DNA of 64,000 nt. It comes from an uncultured bacterium. Lineage in GTDB: Bacteria; AUK180. Made by a program: the position numbers and the translations under genes. Shown in pieces: positions 21,012 to 30,358 of this stretch. The stretch covers positions 75,413-139,412 of the forward strand of contig CALMGJ010000010.1 in NCBI GenBank assembly GCA_937863565.1, read 5' to 3'. Position 1 is the stretch's first letter, and the number at the start of each line of letters is the position of its first letter. Below the pieces are notes generated by a model. That model was not told the origin of the DNA. It worked only from the letters and a program-made list of their open reading frames with translations, and did not search any database.

Positions 21012-22214
21012 AAGAAGCTGAAGAAGATAATCTTCATCGAATTCACGGGAAGGGGCGGCATTCATCAATACACCGCCCTTTATCAGGCCGGGCTGAAAAA
21101 ACGGGGGTACGGCACAGCCTTGATCACGGGCCGCGACCCCGAATCCCATGAGATCCCCGGAGTGAAGCGTTACTGCATTGAACCCTATGAAGGGCTTCTT
21201 AAAGCCGCATTCGATGCAAAGAACGCCTTGAAAAATCTTATGAAAGGAAAAGGGCAGAGGCCTGCAGAAACAGGGAAAGGGATCAATACAAATTCACCGC
21301 TCGGGATCAGATTCCTCTGGAGCAAGATCCTCCGCTCTATAAGAAGAGAGAAACCCGATGCCGTTCATATCCAGTGGCTGTGGGATTATTATCCGGAACA
21401 GGTATCCTATATCGCGAAACTGGCAGCCGGCGGCGTCAGGTTCTTTTATACCTTCCATAATTCAAAACCGCATGAAGGCTTCGCTCAGGGGATAAAGGAT
21501 TTTTTTAAAGCGCTTCATCCCCATCTCACGCTTTGCTTCACGCATTCCGAATTCGATAAGAAAGAGGTCACCCGCCTCTACGGCATTCCCGGGGATAAGG
21601 TCCGCGTACTCAAGATGTTCAATCCGCTCGCCGTATTCCCAAAAGAAAAGAAGCTTGACCCGCGAATGGTGGTGCTCCTTTTCTTCGGATATATCAGGCA
21701 GTATAAAGGGCTTGACCGGCTTATCGGCCTTCTCGGTTCGGATGACCCCGTCTACGATAATGTGAAGCTCCATATCCTTGGCAGCGTATCGGACAAAGAC
21801 AGGGGGGTCTATGAGGAACTTATCGGAAAGAACGGAAGAAAACAGAATATAGAATGGGACATCGGATATGCCGGTCCGGAAAAAGTTTCGGAGGCCTTTG
21901 CGCACGCGGATGTTCTCGTTCTGCCGTACAGGGATGCTACGCAGTCGGCCGTGATACCGCTCGCATATTATACGCGCACACCCGTGATCGTGAACGATGT
22001 CGGCGGCCTTTCGGAGAACGTTTCCGACGGCAGGACGGGTTTCGTTCTGAAGGAGCCGTTCGAAGAGCGTTTCACCGCGCTTCTTAAAAGAGAGAACATA
22101 AAAGAGCTTCTCGGCGAAATGTCCGGTAACGCTCTTTCATATTATAACGATAATCTGGAAACGGAGAAGGTAATAGATTCATATATCAAGATGATATCCT
22201 CGTTCATCCGTTAG
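21012..22214 (+). CDS. Glycosyltransferase family 4/1; conserved N-terminus lies upstream of the first canonical start (TTG at 21120)
   Basis: C-terminal GT-B features. In-frame upstream sequence KKIIFIEFTGRGGIHQYTALYQAGLKKRGYGTALITG is a typical GT4 N-terminal beta-alpha unit but has no ATG/GTG/TTG. Confidence 0.6.
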   Translation, partial: KKLKKIIFIEFTGRGGIHQYTALYQAGLKKRGYGTALITGRDPESHEIPGVKRYCIEPYEGLLKAAFDAKNALKNLMKGKGQRPAETGKGINTNSPLGIRFLWSKILRSIRREKPDAVHIQWLWDYYPEQVSYIAKLAAGGVRFFYTFHNSKPHEGFAQGIKDFFKALHPHLTLCFTHSEFDKKEVTRLYGIPGDKVRVLKMFNPLAVFPKEKKLDPRMVVLLFFGYIRQYKGLDRLIGLLGSDDPVYDNVKLHILGSVSDKDRGVYEELIGKNGRKQNIEWDIGYAGPEKVSEAFAHADVLVLPYRDATQSAVIPLAYYTRTPVIVNDVGGLSENVSDGRTGFVLKEPFEERFTALLKRENIKELLGEMSGNALSYYNDNLETEKVIDSYIKMISSFIR

Positions 22215-22291
22215 ATTCCGGATATGCTCTCGGACGGCGATCCGGTCCGCGGCCCTCTTTGGAGCCGTGCGCATACCGGTCGCCGGAGACA

Positions 22292-22836
22292 TCAAAGGAA
22301 ACTCTGACGAAACCCGGCCGTATGATAATATGGAGATCGCTTGTCCTCGGTTCCTTGCGTTCTTCCTTGCCCATCCACTTTCACTTTTACATAGAATTCC
22401 CTGTCCCTTACCATATGGAACACGATAAAAATAAGAAGGTTCACTTCTGTTTCAGAGACTGCTGAAACAGGCGCAAGATACTCGGTCCTCCATTTCCCGT
22501 TGCTGTATTTCATGTCAAGACGGAAAAAAATCGAATAGAAAGCATTGATCCCGTTGAAGTCGAAAACAATACCTTCTCCGGTTCTCTTTACGGAAAATAA
22601 GGAAGAAAATACTTTCTCTTTCATTCTACCATATTATAAAGAAAACCCACTTCGGACATAGGGGGATAATATGTGCGAATAGAAAAGAAGATAGGACGGC
22701 TTCGCGGCAAGTTCCACATGCGCGGCCCGGTGTCTGCCCGAATATTGTGCAAAACCTCCGGGATTTTAAGAAAAAGCCCTTTATTATATATGTTAAATAC
22801 GGCAGGCGCTACAGATCCAATTGCAGGGGAAATCAA
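22292..22836 (-). pseudogene. Two overlapping minus-strand ORFs (71 + 110 aa) in an otherwise ORF-free 700-bp region; possible gene remnant or small unknown genes
   Basis: ORFs 22621–22836 and 22292–22624 overlap by 4 nt; no recognisable family. Confidence 0.2.
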
Positions 22837-22883
22837 AAAAGAGATAGGCGCAAAATGAAAGATCGAAAACGGGGGAAATCTCT

Positions 22884-22912
22884 TGACTTAAACTTTTAAG
22901 ATGATATTATAT
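22884..22912 (+). promoter_or_regulatory. Sigma70-like promoter upstream of argF
   Basis: TTGACT, about 17 nt, then TTATAT/TATTAT, followed by GGAGG RBS 7 nt before the ATG at 22936. Confidence 0.55.
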
Positions 22913-22935
22913 TGAAAATCCAACGGAGGTATCGT

Positions 22936-23874
22936 ATGCATATGCTTAAAAAGGACCTTGTTTCAATTCTGGATTGGAACGAGGAAGAGATCAAACACCT
23001 TTTCAAAACTGCGGAGCGGATAAAGAATTACCAGAAGACCGGCGTGGAATTCCACTCCCTTAAAGGTAAAACGCTCGGTATGATGTTCTCTAAGGCTTCA
23101 ACGAGGACGAGGGTCTCTTTCGAAGTCGGCATGTACCAGCTCGGAGGGTATCCTCTTTATCTTGACATCAAAGCCAATCTGCAAGTAGGAAGGGGAGAGA
23201 CCATCGAGGATACGGCCAGAGTGCTTTCCAGATATCTGGACGGCATAATGATCAGGACATTCTCTCACGACGATGTCGTGAAACTTGCCAAGTACTCTTC
23301 CATTCCCGTTATCAACGGGCTTACGGACCTTTTGCATCCCTGTCAGGTCCTGACGGATATCTTCACCTTCATCGAACACAGGGGGGATCCGAAGGGAGCC
23401 AATGTCGTTTTCATAGGCGACGGCAATAATATGGCGCATTCATGGCTCAATGGCGCAGCAAGATGCGGAATGAACCTTACAATAGCCTCTCCGAAAGGTT
23501 TTGAAGTGAAAAAGGATGTTTTCGACGCTGCATCGGCCGTGGCTAAATACAATGGATGTACATTGAAGCTCACCAATGACCCGAGGGAAGCCGTCAAAGG
23601 CGCCGACCTTCTTTATACGGATGTCTGGGCTTCGATGGGCCAGGAAGCTGAAGCGAAAGAGAGAGTGAAAAAATTCGAAGGATTCCAGTTGAACAGGGAA
23701 CTCGTCGATCTTGCCGATAAAGATGTCCTCATCATGCACTGCCTTCCCGCTCACAGGGGAGAGGAGATCACAGATGATGTTATCGATGATCCGAAACACT
23801 CCGTCGTTTTTGATGAGGCGGAAAACAGACTTCACCTGCAAAAAGGAATACTGCATATACTCATGACCAAATGA
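22936..23874 (+). CDS. argF: Ornithine carbamoyltransferase
   Basis: STRTRVSFE carbamoyl-phosphate motif, HCLP ornithine motif. Preferred start is ATG 22936 (MHMLKKDL) with GGAGG RBS; the ORF tracker TTG at 22912 is unlikely. Confidence 0.93.
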   Translation: MHMLKKDLVSILDWNEEEIKHLFKTAERIKNYQKTGVEFHSLKGKTLGMMFSKASTRTRVSFEVGMYQLGGYPLYLDIKANLQVGRGETIEDTARVLSRYLDGIMIRTFSHDDVVKLAKYSSIPVINGLTDLLHPCQVLTDIFTFIEHRGDPKGANVVFIGDGNNMAHSWLNGAARCGMNLTIASPKGFEVKKDVFDAASAVAKYNGCTLKLTNDPREAVKGADLLYTDVWASMGQEAEAKERVKKFEGFQLNRELVDLADKDVLIMHCLPAHRGEEITDDVIDDPKHSVVFDEAENRLHLQKGILHILMTK

Positions 23875-24305
23875 TCGCAGTAATACAGCGCGTTTCACGC
23901 GCCTCCCTGCGGATAGACGGAAAAGAGAAGGCCTCCCTCAAGGGGGGCCTTCTTATCTTATTGGGCATATCGAAAAAAGCAAAAGAAGAGGATATTCCGC
24001 GCTTGGCCAAAAAAATACTCAATCTCAGGATATTCTCCGATGAAGGAGGAAAAATGAACCTCTCCGTAACGGATGTCAAAGGCGGTATTCTCCTCGTTTC
24101 GCAGTTCACCCTCTGCGCTGATGCATCTAAAGGGAACAGACCTTCATTCGGCAGGGCGATGGACCCTGCGGGGTCCTTTAAACTATACGGACTCCTCAGG
24201 GATGAACTCAAGAGATCGGGCCTTGATGTTCAGGAAGGGCAATTCGGCGCTCATATGGAAGTCGAACTGGTCAACGACGGTCCTGTTACACTGATCCTTC
24301 CTTAA
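23871..24305 (+). CDS. dtd: D-aminoacyl-tRNA deacylase
   Basis: MIAVIQRVSRASL N-terminus, SQFTL motif, 144 aa; ATGA overlap with argF. Confidence 0.92.
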   Translation: MIAVIQRVSRASLRIDGKEKASLKGGLLILLGISKKAKEEDIPRLAKKILNLRIFSDEGGKMNLSVTDVKGGILLVSQFTLCADASKGNRPSFGRAMDPAGSFKLYGLLRDELKRSGLDVQEGQFGAHMEVELVNDGPVTLILP

Positions 24306-26263
24306 AGTACGAATTTGAAAAGCAGGCTTTTTCCTGTATCTGACTGAAATCTGTAACCCAAATAAAAAAATGTCTTCGGAAAAGGTTCCCAGGAGAGAAG
24401 TGTTTCATAGATCCTCACTGATCCCGGGCCGGACAACTGGTATTTTCCTCTTATGAAAAGCCTCTCCGTTATGTTCAGATATGCATTGAAGATCTGGATC
24501 TCGTTCTCAAAAGGTTCCGTCAAAAGCCCCGTCGTATCTGCCGAAAGCGTATAATCGATAATGAGCCTGTTCAGCGGTTTTGCCGAAACATAGAAGGAAA
24601 AAGCCCTGAAAACCCGGTCGACCGCTTCAATATAATCGGCCCTCGTTCCGCTTCTTGCGCTTATTGAGAAGCGTATCTTTTCAGAGGCGGGGGTAGAAAC
24701 GCTGAAATACGTTTCTTTCATACGGTAAAGATATCCGGAGAATTCTTCGGCGCCTGCTCCGACGCTGAAATAGAAGGACATAAGATTCTTTAGAATGGGG
24801 TTGAAGTAAATGACCATCCCGTCTCTGTCCTTCTCCGAACTCACTCCGGCATACATGTTCCCCTGCACGCCGAAAATGATCTGGTTGAAGTTGTGCGGGA
24901 ACACGAAAAAAGAAACGCCGGCCAATCCTCCGAGCAGATCGTTCTCGGAAAGGTATCCGGAAGGAGAAGCGAAAACATCATCGATCCTGCAGAGCCAGCC
25001 GTAAACCTGCATGAAGCTGTTGTAATAGGAGATTTCGGTGCTGCCGTAAGTCCCGGTGATCCCGTCGATCTCAGAATTGAGGTAGCTTAAGTTCAGCACG
25101 AGATTCTGTTCTGGCGAATAGATGACGGAGAATCCTCCAGTGAAATCCCTCCTGACAAGCGAGAAATACCCTCTCAATTTCACCTTATCCCAGATATTCA
25201 GAAGCGTGTTCCCGAGATAAGTTGTCCTTTCTTCTTCAGGCTCTGCAAGATCGTTCTCGGAAAGAGCCATGAGGAGCGTTTCGGATTCATTGATGTCCAG
25301 AATGAATTTAGCGCCTAAAAGGGGTTTTGAAACCCTTCTTGAATAAAAAACGAGCTCGGGCGGCATGAAGGCGGCGCTTCCCGTAAAGAAGTCGCGCCTC
25401 TCCTGACGGTAAAGTTCATACCTTGTGAAATTAAAAGAAAGATCGTCCGCTTCGATCTGTGCATAATCAGGATTGAAGATCAGTGCTCCGGAAAATGTCC
25501 CGGCATAACTGAATTCCGCGTCGCCTCCCATATCCGGGTCGGTTTCCCGTTCGAGATCCGACCTTAAAAAAATGAAGGGGGAAACATCGACATACAGCTG
25601 CTCCTTGATAGGGAAAGAAAATTCGGCCAATACGGCTTTCTCCATATTCGTGGCCGATTCCAGAGGTCCGAGGGGTACCATAGAACAGCTCTCGTTCGTA
25701 TTATACGTGAAACGCAGGATATTCAGACGGAACCTTTCGGCGCCTTTTTTAAAATCAAGAGCATTGAACGGGATGAATATCTCGGCATTCCAGCCATCGC
25801 TCGTATCGGCTGTTCGGCCGTACCACTCCGCATTCCAGCTTTTATTGAAAAGGCCGTTATTGAGAAAATACGCGTCGATCTTCAGGCCTCCCCTCAAAAC
25901 GGTGAAATAGTAACCGCTCCTTCCGCGGCCCTCCGGATCGATAAGGATAGAGATCATATCGGAAGAATTGGTCTGTTCGGTCATCCCGTAAGTAGGAGGA
26001 GTTCTTTCCGGCGGTTGGGTGCACTCAAAGAAGAAATACAATCCCTTGGGAGAATATACGCCCCACACCCTTGTGCTGTCCGTTTCACGGACACCGTTGA
26101 CGGGAAGCCGCTGGATCAGGCCGTCTGAAAAAAAAGATCCTTCGTAAATATCTTCGCGGACAGCGTCAAGAACGATCTCTCCTTCGTCAATAAGCTTAAA
26201 AGGCGCCGCCCAGGTAAAAAATGACAATAGGCATATAAAGATAAAAAGAAGCGTTCTTTTCAC
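24302..26263 (-). CDS. Large secreted beta-rich protein, DUF5916-like outer-membrane protein with N-terminal CBM9-like domain (tentative)
   Basis: Signal peptide MKRTLLFIFICLLSFFTWAAP; 653 aa, aromatic/Gly-rich beta-strand pattern; N-terminal region resembles CBM9-like modules. Confidence 0.5.
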   Translation of the reverse strand: MKRTLLFIFICLLSFFTWAAPFKLIDEGEIVLDAVREDIYEGSFFSDGLIQRLPVNGVRETDSTRVWGVYSPKGLYFFFECTQPPERTPPTYGMTEQTNSSDMISILIDPEGRGRSGYYFTVLRGGLKIDAYFLNNGLFNKSWNAEWYGRTADTSDGWNAEIFIPFNALDFKKGAERFRLNILRFTYNTNESCSMVPLGPLESATNMEKAVLAEFSFPIKEQLYVDVSPFIFLRSDLERETDPDMGGDAEFSYAGTFSGALIFNPDYAQIEADDLSFNFTRYELYRQERRDFFTGSAAFMPPELVFYSRRVSKPLLGAKFILDINESETLLMALSENDLAEPEEERTTYLGNTLLNIWDKVKLRGYFSLVRRDFTGGFSVIYSPEQNLVLNLSYLNSEIDGITGTYGSTEISYYNSFMQVYGWLCRIDDVFASPSGYLSENDLLGGLAGVSFFVFPHNFNQIIFGVQGNMYAGVSSEKDRDGMVIYFNPILKNLMSFYFSVGAGAEEFSGYLYRMKETYFSVSTPASEKIRFSISARSGTRADYIEAVDRVFRAFSFYVSAKPLNRLIIDYTLSADTTGLLTEPFENEIQIFNAYLNITERLFIRGKYQLSGPGSVRIYETLLSWEPFPKTFFYLGYRFQSDTGKSLLFKFVL

Positions 26264-26329
26264 AAACTGATTATAACATAAAAGGATATTAAAATGAAAT
26301 TGCGAGCGAACGAAGCGGGAAAAAAACTC

Positions 26330-26695
26330 TCAGTTCTCCACTACGAAAACGAATGTCCTATTACCGATCTGAACCTTTGTATTGTTCTTCAAAATGGCCT
26401 TGGCTATCGGCTTATCATTCACAAAGGTCCCGTTGGTAGATCCCAGATCCTCTATTATGAACGCATCCGCTTTCTTCGTGATCACACAGTGTATCCTGGA
26501 AACCTTCTCGTCATTGTTTATGCTAAGCGCGCAATCCCCTGACCGACCGATAATAAAAGGTGTTTTAGAGATCTCGTGTTTCGACTGATTGTCGACATCT
26601 ACCAGATAGGAAATCCCATGAGTTAACGGTTCAAAATCAACTTTCTTCATCTTCGAATCAACTACCGTTTCGTTCTGATAATCTTTATTGTCCAT
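26330..26695 (-). CDS. FHA-domain protein
   Basis: C-terminal FHA signature PFIIGRSGDCALSI…SRIHCVI…STNGTFVN; 121 aa. Confidence 0.85.
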   Translation of the reverse strand: MDNKDYQNETVVDSKMKKVDFEPLTHGISYLVDVDNQSKHEISKTPFIIGRSGDCALSINNDEKVSRIHCVITKKADAFIIEDLGSTNGTFVNDKPIAKAILKNNTKVQIGNRTFVFVVEN

Positions 26696-26791
26696 TTACC
26701 ATCTCCCAACAATATATTATAATACTTTGGCAATAAAAGTCAAGCGGATAATATGCTCGCGGTGTGATTATTCACAAAAAAATGCTATATT

Positions 26792-27583
26792 TCAGAAAGC
26801 CCTGTACGAATCGAGCCTTATGCCCTGCTTCTCGGTCTCGGACAACCTGCCTTTATCCCAAAATAGCGCCGATTCCCAGTCGCCGTACATCGGATTGGGA
26901 AGTATAATGAATTTTTTGCCGAACAAGCTGCCATTTTCATCCGTCGCCTCGGAGCGTTCCCCTATCCCCTTATTGAAGAATATATTCGAAAAATCATTGA
27001 GATTGTCGCCGATGAGAAGAACGATGTCATACATAAGAGCGATCTTCTGTCTGGTGTATTCCTTGTCGGATGAGCCTTCTCTTAGAAAGATATGTTCTTT
27101 ATCGGCGAACGGGAACCCGAGATCCTTCAAATTCTTTAATGTGCAATCATACAGATGCTTTTTCCTGTTCGTTACATAAAATACCTCAATGCCGTTCTTT
27201 TCTGCGAACTTAATGAATTCAAGGGCGCCGGGAACAGGCCGGGCTTCGGATCTTTTGCACCACTCATCCCAACCGGCGGGGTAGTTCCGGTTGTTCTTCA
27301 GGACCCAGCCCTGGTACGGCGAGTTATCAAGAACGGTCTCGTCGATATCCGTGATAACGGCAGGCTTTAGGCTCTTATCCCTGGGCGTATTGATGTATTC
27401 CGTAAGCCGGTCCCTTGCCGAATTGAAGGCCTGAAGGCAAAGAGCCTTGTATTCGGCAGACGTCTGCACCCACAGAACGGACATAAGCGTATATTCGGTA
27501 GAGAGATCCGTTCTCTCGAGCGCGGCGTTCCGTGCAGTAAAGATGAATAAAGCGGCAAAGAAAAGAAGAAGAACCTTTCTCAT
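26792..27583 (-). CDS. 5'-nucleotidase / class B acid phosphatase, lipoprotein e(P4) family (HAD superfamily)
   Basis: DDDD-type motif ITDIDETVLDNSPY. Preferred start is the internal Met (MRKVLLLFFAALFIFTARNAA, signal peptide) at 27583, not ORF-tracker 27670. Confidence 0.8.
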   Translation of the reverse strand: MRKVLLLFFAALFIFTARNAALERTDLSTEYTLMSVLWVQTSAEYKALCLQAFNSARDRLTEYINTPRDKSLKPAVITDIDETVLDNSPYQGWVLKNNRNYPAGWDEWCKRSEARPVPGALEFIKFAEKNGIEVFYVTNRKKHLYDCTLKNLKDLGFPFADKEHIFLREGSSDKEYTRQKIALMYDIVLLIGDNLNDFSNIFFNKGIGERSEATDENGSLFGKKFIILPNPMYGDWESALFWDKGRLSETEKQGIRLDSYRAF

Positions 27584-27587
27584 ACCA

Positions 27588-28367
27588 TTACTTACCGATA
27601 AGTTTTTTAAGCATATCCATCCCTTCAAGGGCGTCTTTATCGGTATCGTCGCCGGATGGTTCGGTCTCATTCGTTTTCTGCGTCTCTTCTGCCGGCATCA
27701 AACCTTCCATGAACAGGGCCATGAAGCTCGCGGCTTTTTTATATCCCGCCGGAAGTTCGAAAAGCGAGGCGCTTACGGCTCCGAAGCGGATGTCCTCAAC
27801 GAGAAAAACGACCTTAGCCTGAGCATCCTGCATCTCAACCTTTACCGGAATGCCGTCTTTCTTCGATTCCCATACGGTCCTTTCCGACCTTGTTTGCGGA
27901 GAGCTCTTGAGATATGATTTAACATTATATTTCTTACAGTCCCATTTCCCTACTTTCTCTTCGCCAAGGAGCTTTCTCTCCTCTACATAATCGGCGGCAA
28001 GTTCTCCTCCCGTATCCTTAAGGTTCATCTCCGCGTATCCCTTCTTGCTGTGGATAATCATGTAGGCTTTTGCCGAAGCCGCGTCCGAGATCACGGAATA
28101 GGGGAACATGGGGTCCTTTGCCGGATCATAGTTCTTTTCGGTAGTGGAGATGAGCGAGAGGTCGGAACGCATCTTCCCTTTGGATATATAGACCTTCTGG
28201 GAAAGAACGGAAACGGCGCCGTCTTTCTGAGTGGACGTGTTCCTTGCTGTGATCGTCATATCGGGCGCATTCTTCAAAAGTTTCGCCCAGGGATTGTAAT
28301 TATTCTGCTGAGCGAAAGCGCAGACAAGAAGACCGACGACCAAGATAAATACTGCTGTTCTTTTCAT
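27588..28367 (-). CDS. Secreted protein of unknown function (LolA-like/DUF4412-like, tentative)
   Basis: Signal peptide MKRTAVFILVVGLLVCAFAQ; 259 aa; acidic C-terminal tail. Confidence 0.6.
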   Translation of the reverse strand: MKRTAVFILVVGLLVCAFAQQNNYNPWAKLLKNAPDMTITARNTSTQKDGAVSVLSQKVYISKGKMRSDLSLISTTEKNYDPAKDPMFPYSVISDAASAKAYMIIHSKKGYAEMNLKDTGGELAADYVEERKLLGEEKVGKWDCKKYNVKSYLKSSPQTRSERTVWESKKDGIPVKVEMQDAQAKVVFLVEDIRFGAVSASLFELPAGYKKAASFMALFMEGLMPAEETQKTNETEPSGDDTDKDALEGMDMLKKLIGK

Positions 28368-28420
28368 ATAACCTCCTTTTATATCCTAATATGGCAGCAT
28401 GATAATCATTTCGCGGGCGA

Positions 28421-30358
28421 TCATAGTTCCGGGAACATCCTGTAAAGGAACGTTGAGATCGCAGGCACATATGTGATGAGAAGCACTGATACAAGAAGGA
28501 TGATGAGAAAACTCACCACATATGAATATATCCGGTTAAGCGGTTTCTTGAACGTATATGAAGCAAGGAAAAGGTTCAAACCGACCGGAGGCGTAAGATA
28601 ACCGAGTTCGAGATTGCATAAAAAGATGATGCCCAGGTGAACGGGATCGATCCCGTAGCTCATACCTAAAGGTATGATGAGCGGCGCTACTACAACTATC
28701 GCGGAGAAAATATCCATAAGGCATCCCGTTATTAAAAGAGCGAAATTGAGAAGGAGAAGGAATACATATTTCGACTTTATCGTCGCGACGAGATTCGCTG
28801 CGAGCTTCTCCGGGATCTGCGCGTCGACGATATAGTATGAAAGGCCTTTGGCGATCCCGAGTATGATCAGGATGCCGCCCAGCATCACCAGGGATTTTTT
28901 CACGATCTCTTTCATATCTTTTAGTTTGAGGTCTTTATATACCAGGCACTCGATGATGATCGCGTAAAGAAGGGCGAGGGCGCCGGATTCCACAATCGTA
29001 GTGAGCCCGGCGAAAAAACTAACGATGACCACTACGGGGAGCAGAAGCTCCCAGAACGCACCTTTTACCGAATCGAAGAACTCCTTTGCCGGTATCTTCT
29101 CCTTGGATACGGGTATATTCTTAGAATTTGCAATACCGAGAATGATGATGCACAGCATCATGAGGAAACCGGGAACGATGCCGGCCACGAACATCTTCTT
29201 TATGCTGATCCTGGCCACGACGCCGTACATGATGATCGCGATGCTCGGAGGGAAAAGGAGCCCTATGCTGCCCGAGGCCGTAAGGATTCCGTACGAAAAT
29301 TTCTCGCTGTAACCCCTTTTTATGAGCATGAACGACAGCAGTCCGCCCAAGGCGAGTATTGTGACCCCCGAAGCGCCTGTAAAGGTCGTGAAGAAAGCGC
29401 ACATGATAACGCTCACGAGAATAAGCCCTCCCTTCACACGGCCCATGAGCAGATTGAAGAACCTGAGCAGGCGCTCTCCGGCCTTGCTCTCCGCAAGAAT
29501 GACGCCCGTTATCGTGAAAAGCGGGATGGCGGGTATCGAAGATCCCGTTATCATAACATAATTTTCATTGGCAAGCACGTCCAGAACTCCATGTGCGCGC
29601 GTGAAAAGAAAAAGGCTTATCCCTCCGAGGACCACGAAAATATAATTGCCCAGAAAGAGCGATGCGGCAAGAACGATGATGAAAATAAGGGCCAGCGGTC
29701 CTGAAGCAAAACCGAAAAGCCAGGACAATTTCGTTTTTATCGCATCAGCCGCAGGATAGATCTCGACGCCCGGAAGAAGGGCGCAGAGGGAGGAAACAAT
29801 GCTGTCGAAAGCGTAAAGAACCGCTATGAAGATAAGAAAAGGGATCAAGAATGCCGCCGTTTTCTTGAATTCCCTGAGTTCGCTCAGGAACATGAGAAAA
29901 AAACCGACAGGCATTATAAGGCCGATGAGTTTAAGAGGGATGACGCCTGCCTTGTCCGTTGCCGAAAAAGCATTAAGAACGAAGGATAAAGCCGCCGCCG
30001 TGAAGATAAAAAGGACTATTGTCTTTAGCGACCCGTCAAGGATCACGAAAAACTTCTTGAGCCGCTCGCTTTTGAAACTCTCCAGAATGGCCCCGAGGGA
30101 CAAATGCCTTTTTTCGAGATAAGCGGCTACCGCTCCGACAAAGGAAAGGATGAGTACGATATGCTGAACATATTCACTTGATCCCCGCACGCCCGTTACG
30201 AAGACTTTGCGTAAAAATATCTCGAGGATCGGAAGCAGGGCGAGAAAGAAAACGATAATGAATGCAAAATATTCCCAGATGAAAATCCCGCTCTTCTTCA
30301 GGAAAAGGACGATGGCGCTATTTTTTATTCCTGCTTTCATTGAGGTATTTATCCACAA
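28421..30358 (-). CDS. TRAP transporter fused permease (DctQ-DctM fusion)
   Basis: 645 aa; N-terminal 4-TM DctQ-like segment then about 12-TM DctM-like domain. Confidence 0.85.
   Translation of the reverse strand: MWINTSMKAGIKNSAIVLFLKKSGIFIWEYFAFIIVFFLALLPILEIFLRKVFVTGVRGSSEYVQHIVLILSFVGAVAAYLEKRHLSLGAILESFKSERLKKFFVILDGSLKTIVLFIFTAAALSFVLNAFSATDKAGVIPLKLIGLIMPVGFFLMFLSELREFKKTAAFLIPFLIFIAVLYAFDSIVSSLCALLPGVEIYPAADAIKTKLSWLFGFASGPLALIFIIVLAASLFLGNYIFVVLGGISLFLFTRAHGVLDVLANENYVMITGSSIPAIPLFTITGVILAESKAGERLLRFFNLLMGRVKGGLILVSVIMCAFFTTFTGASGVTILALGGLLSFMLIKRGYSEKFSYGILTASGSIGLLFPPSIAIIMYGVVARISIKKMFVAGIVPGFLMMLCIIILGIANSKNIPVSKEKIPAKEFFDSVKGAFWELLLPVVVIVSFFAGLTTIVESGALALLYAIIIECLVYKDLKLKDMKEIVKKSLVMLGGILIILGIAKGLSYYIVDAQIPEKLAANLVATIKSKYVFLLLLNFALLITGCLMDIFSAIVVVAPLIIPLGMSYGIDPVHLGIIFLCNLELGYLTPPVGLNLFLASYTFKKPLNRIYSYVVSFLIILLVSVLLITYVPAISTFLYRMFPEL

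Noticed and set aside
22447-22470. Perfect 9-bp stem-loop CTGTTTCAG-n6-CTGAAACAG as a terminator
   Set aside because: No U-tract on either strand. It is kept only as a structural element inside finding 22215–22935.
22912-22935. TTG start proposed by the ORF tracker for argF (MKIQRRYRMHM…)
   Set aside because: It would initiate inside the promoter -10 region. ATG 22936 has a GGAGG RBS at optimal spacing and gives a canonical OTCase N-terminus.
27584-27670. N-terminal 29-aa extension of the e(P4) phosphatase ORF
   Set aside because: The internal Met begins a classic signal peptide, and the extension would overlap the upstream gene's 3' end and lacks an RBS.
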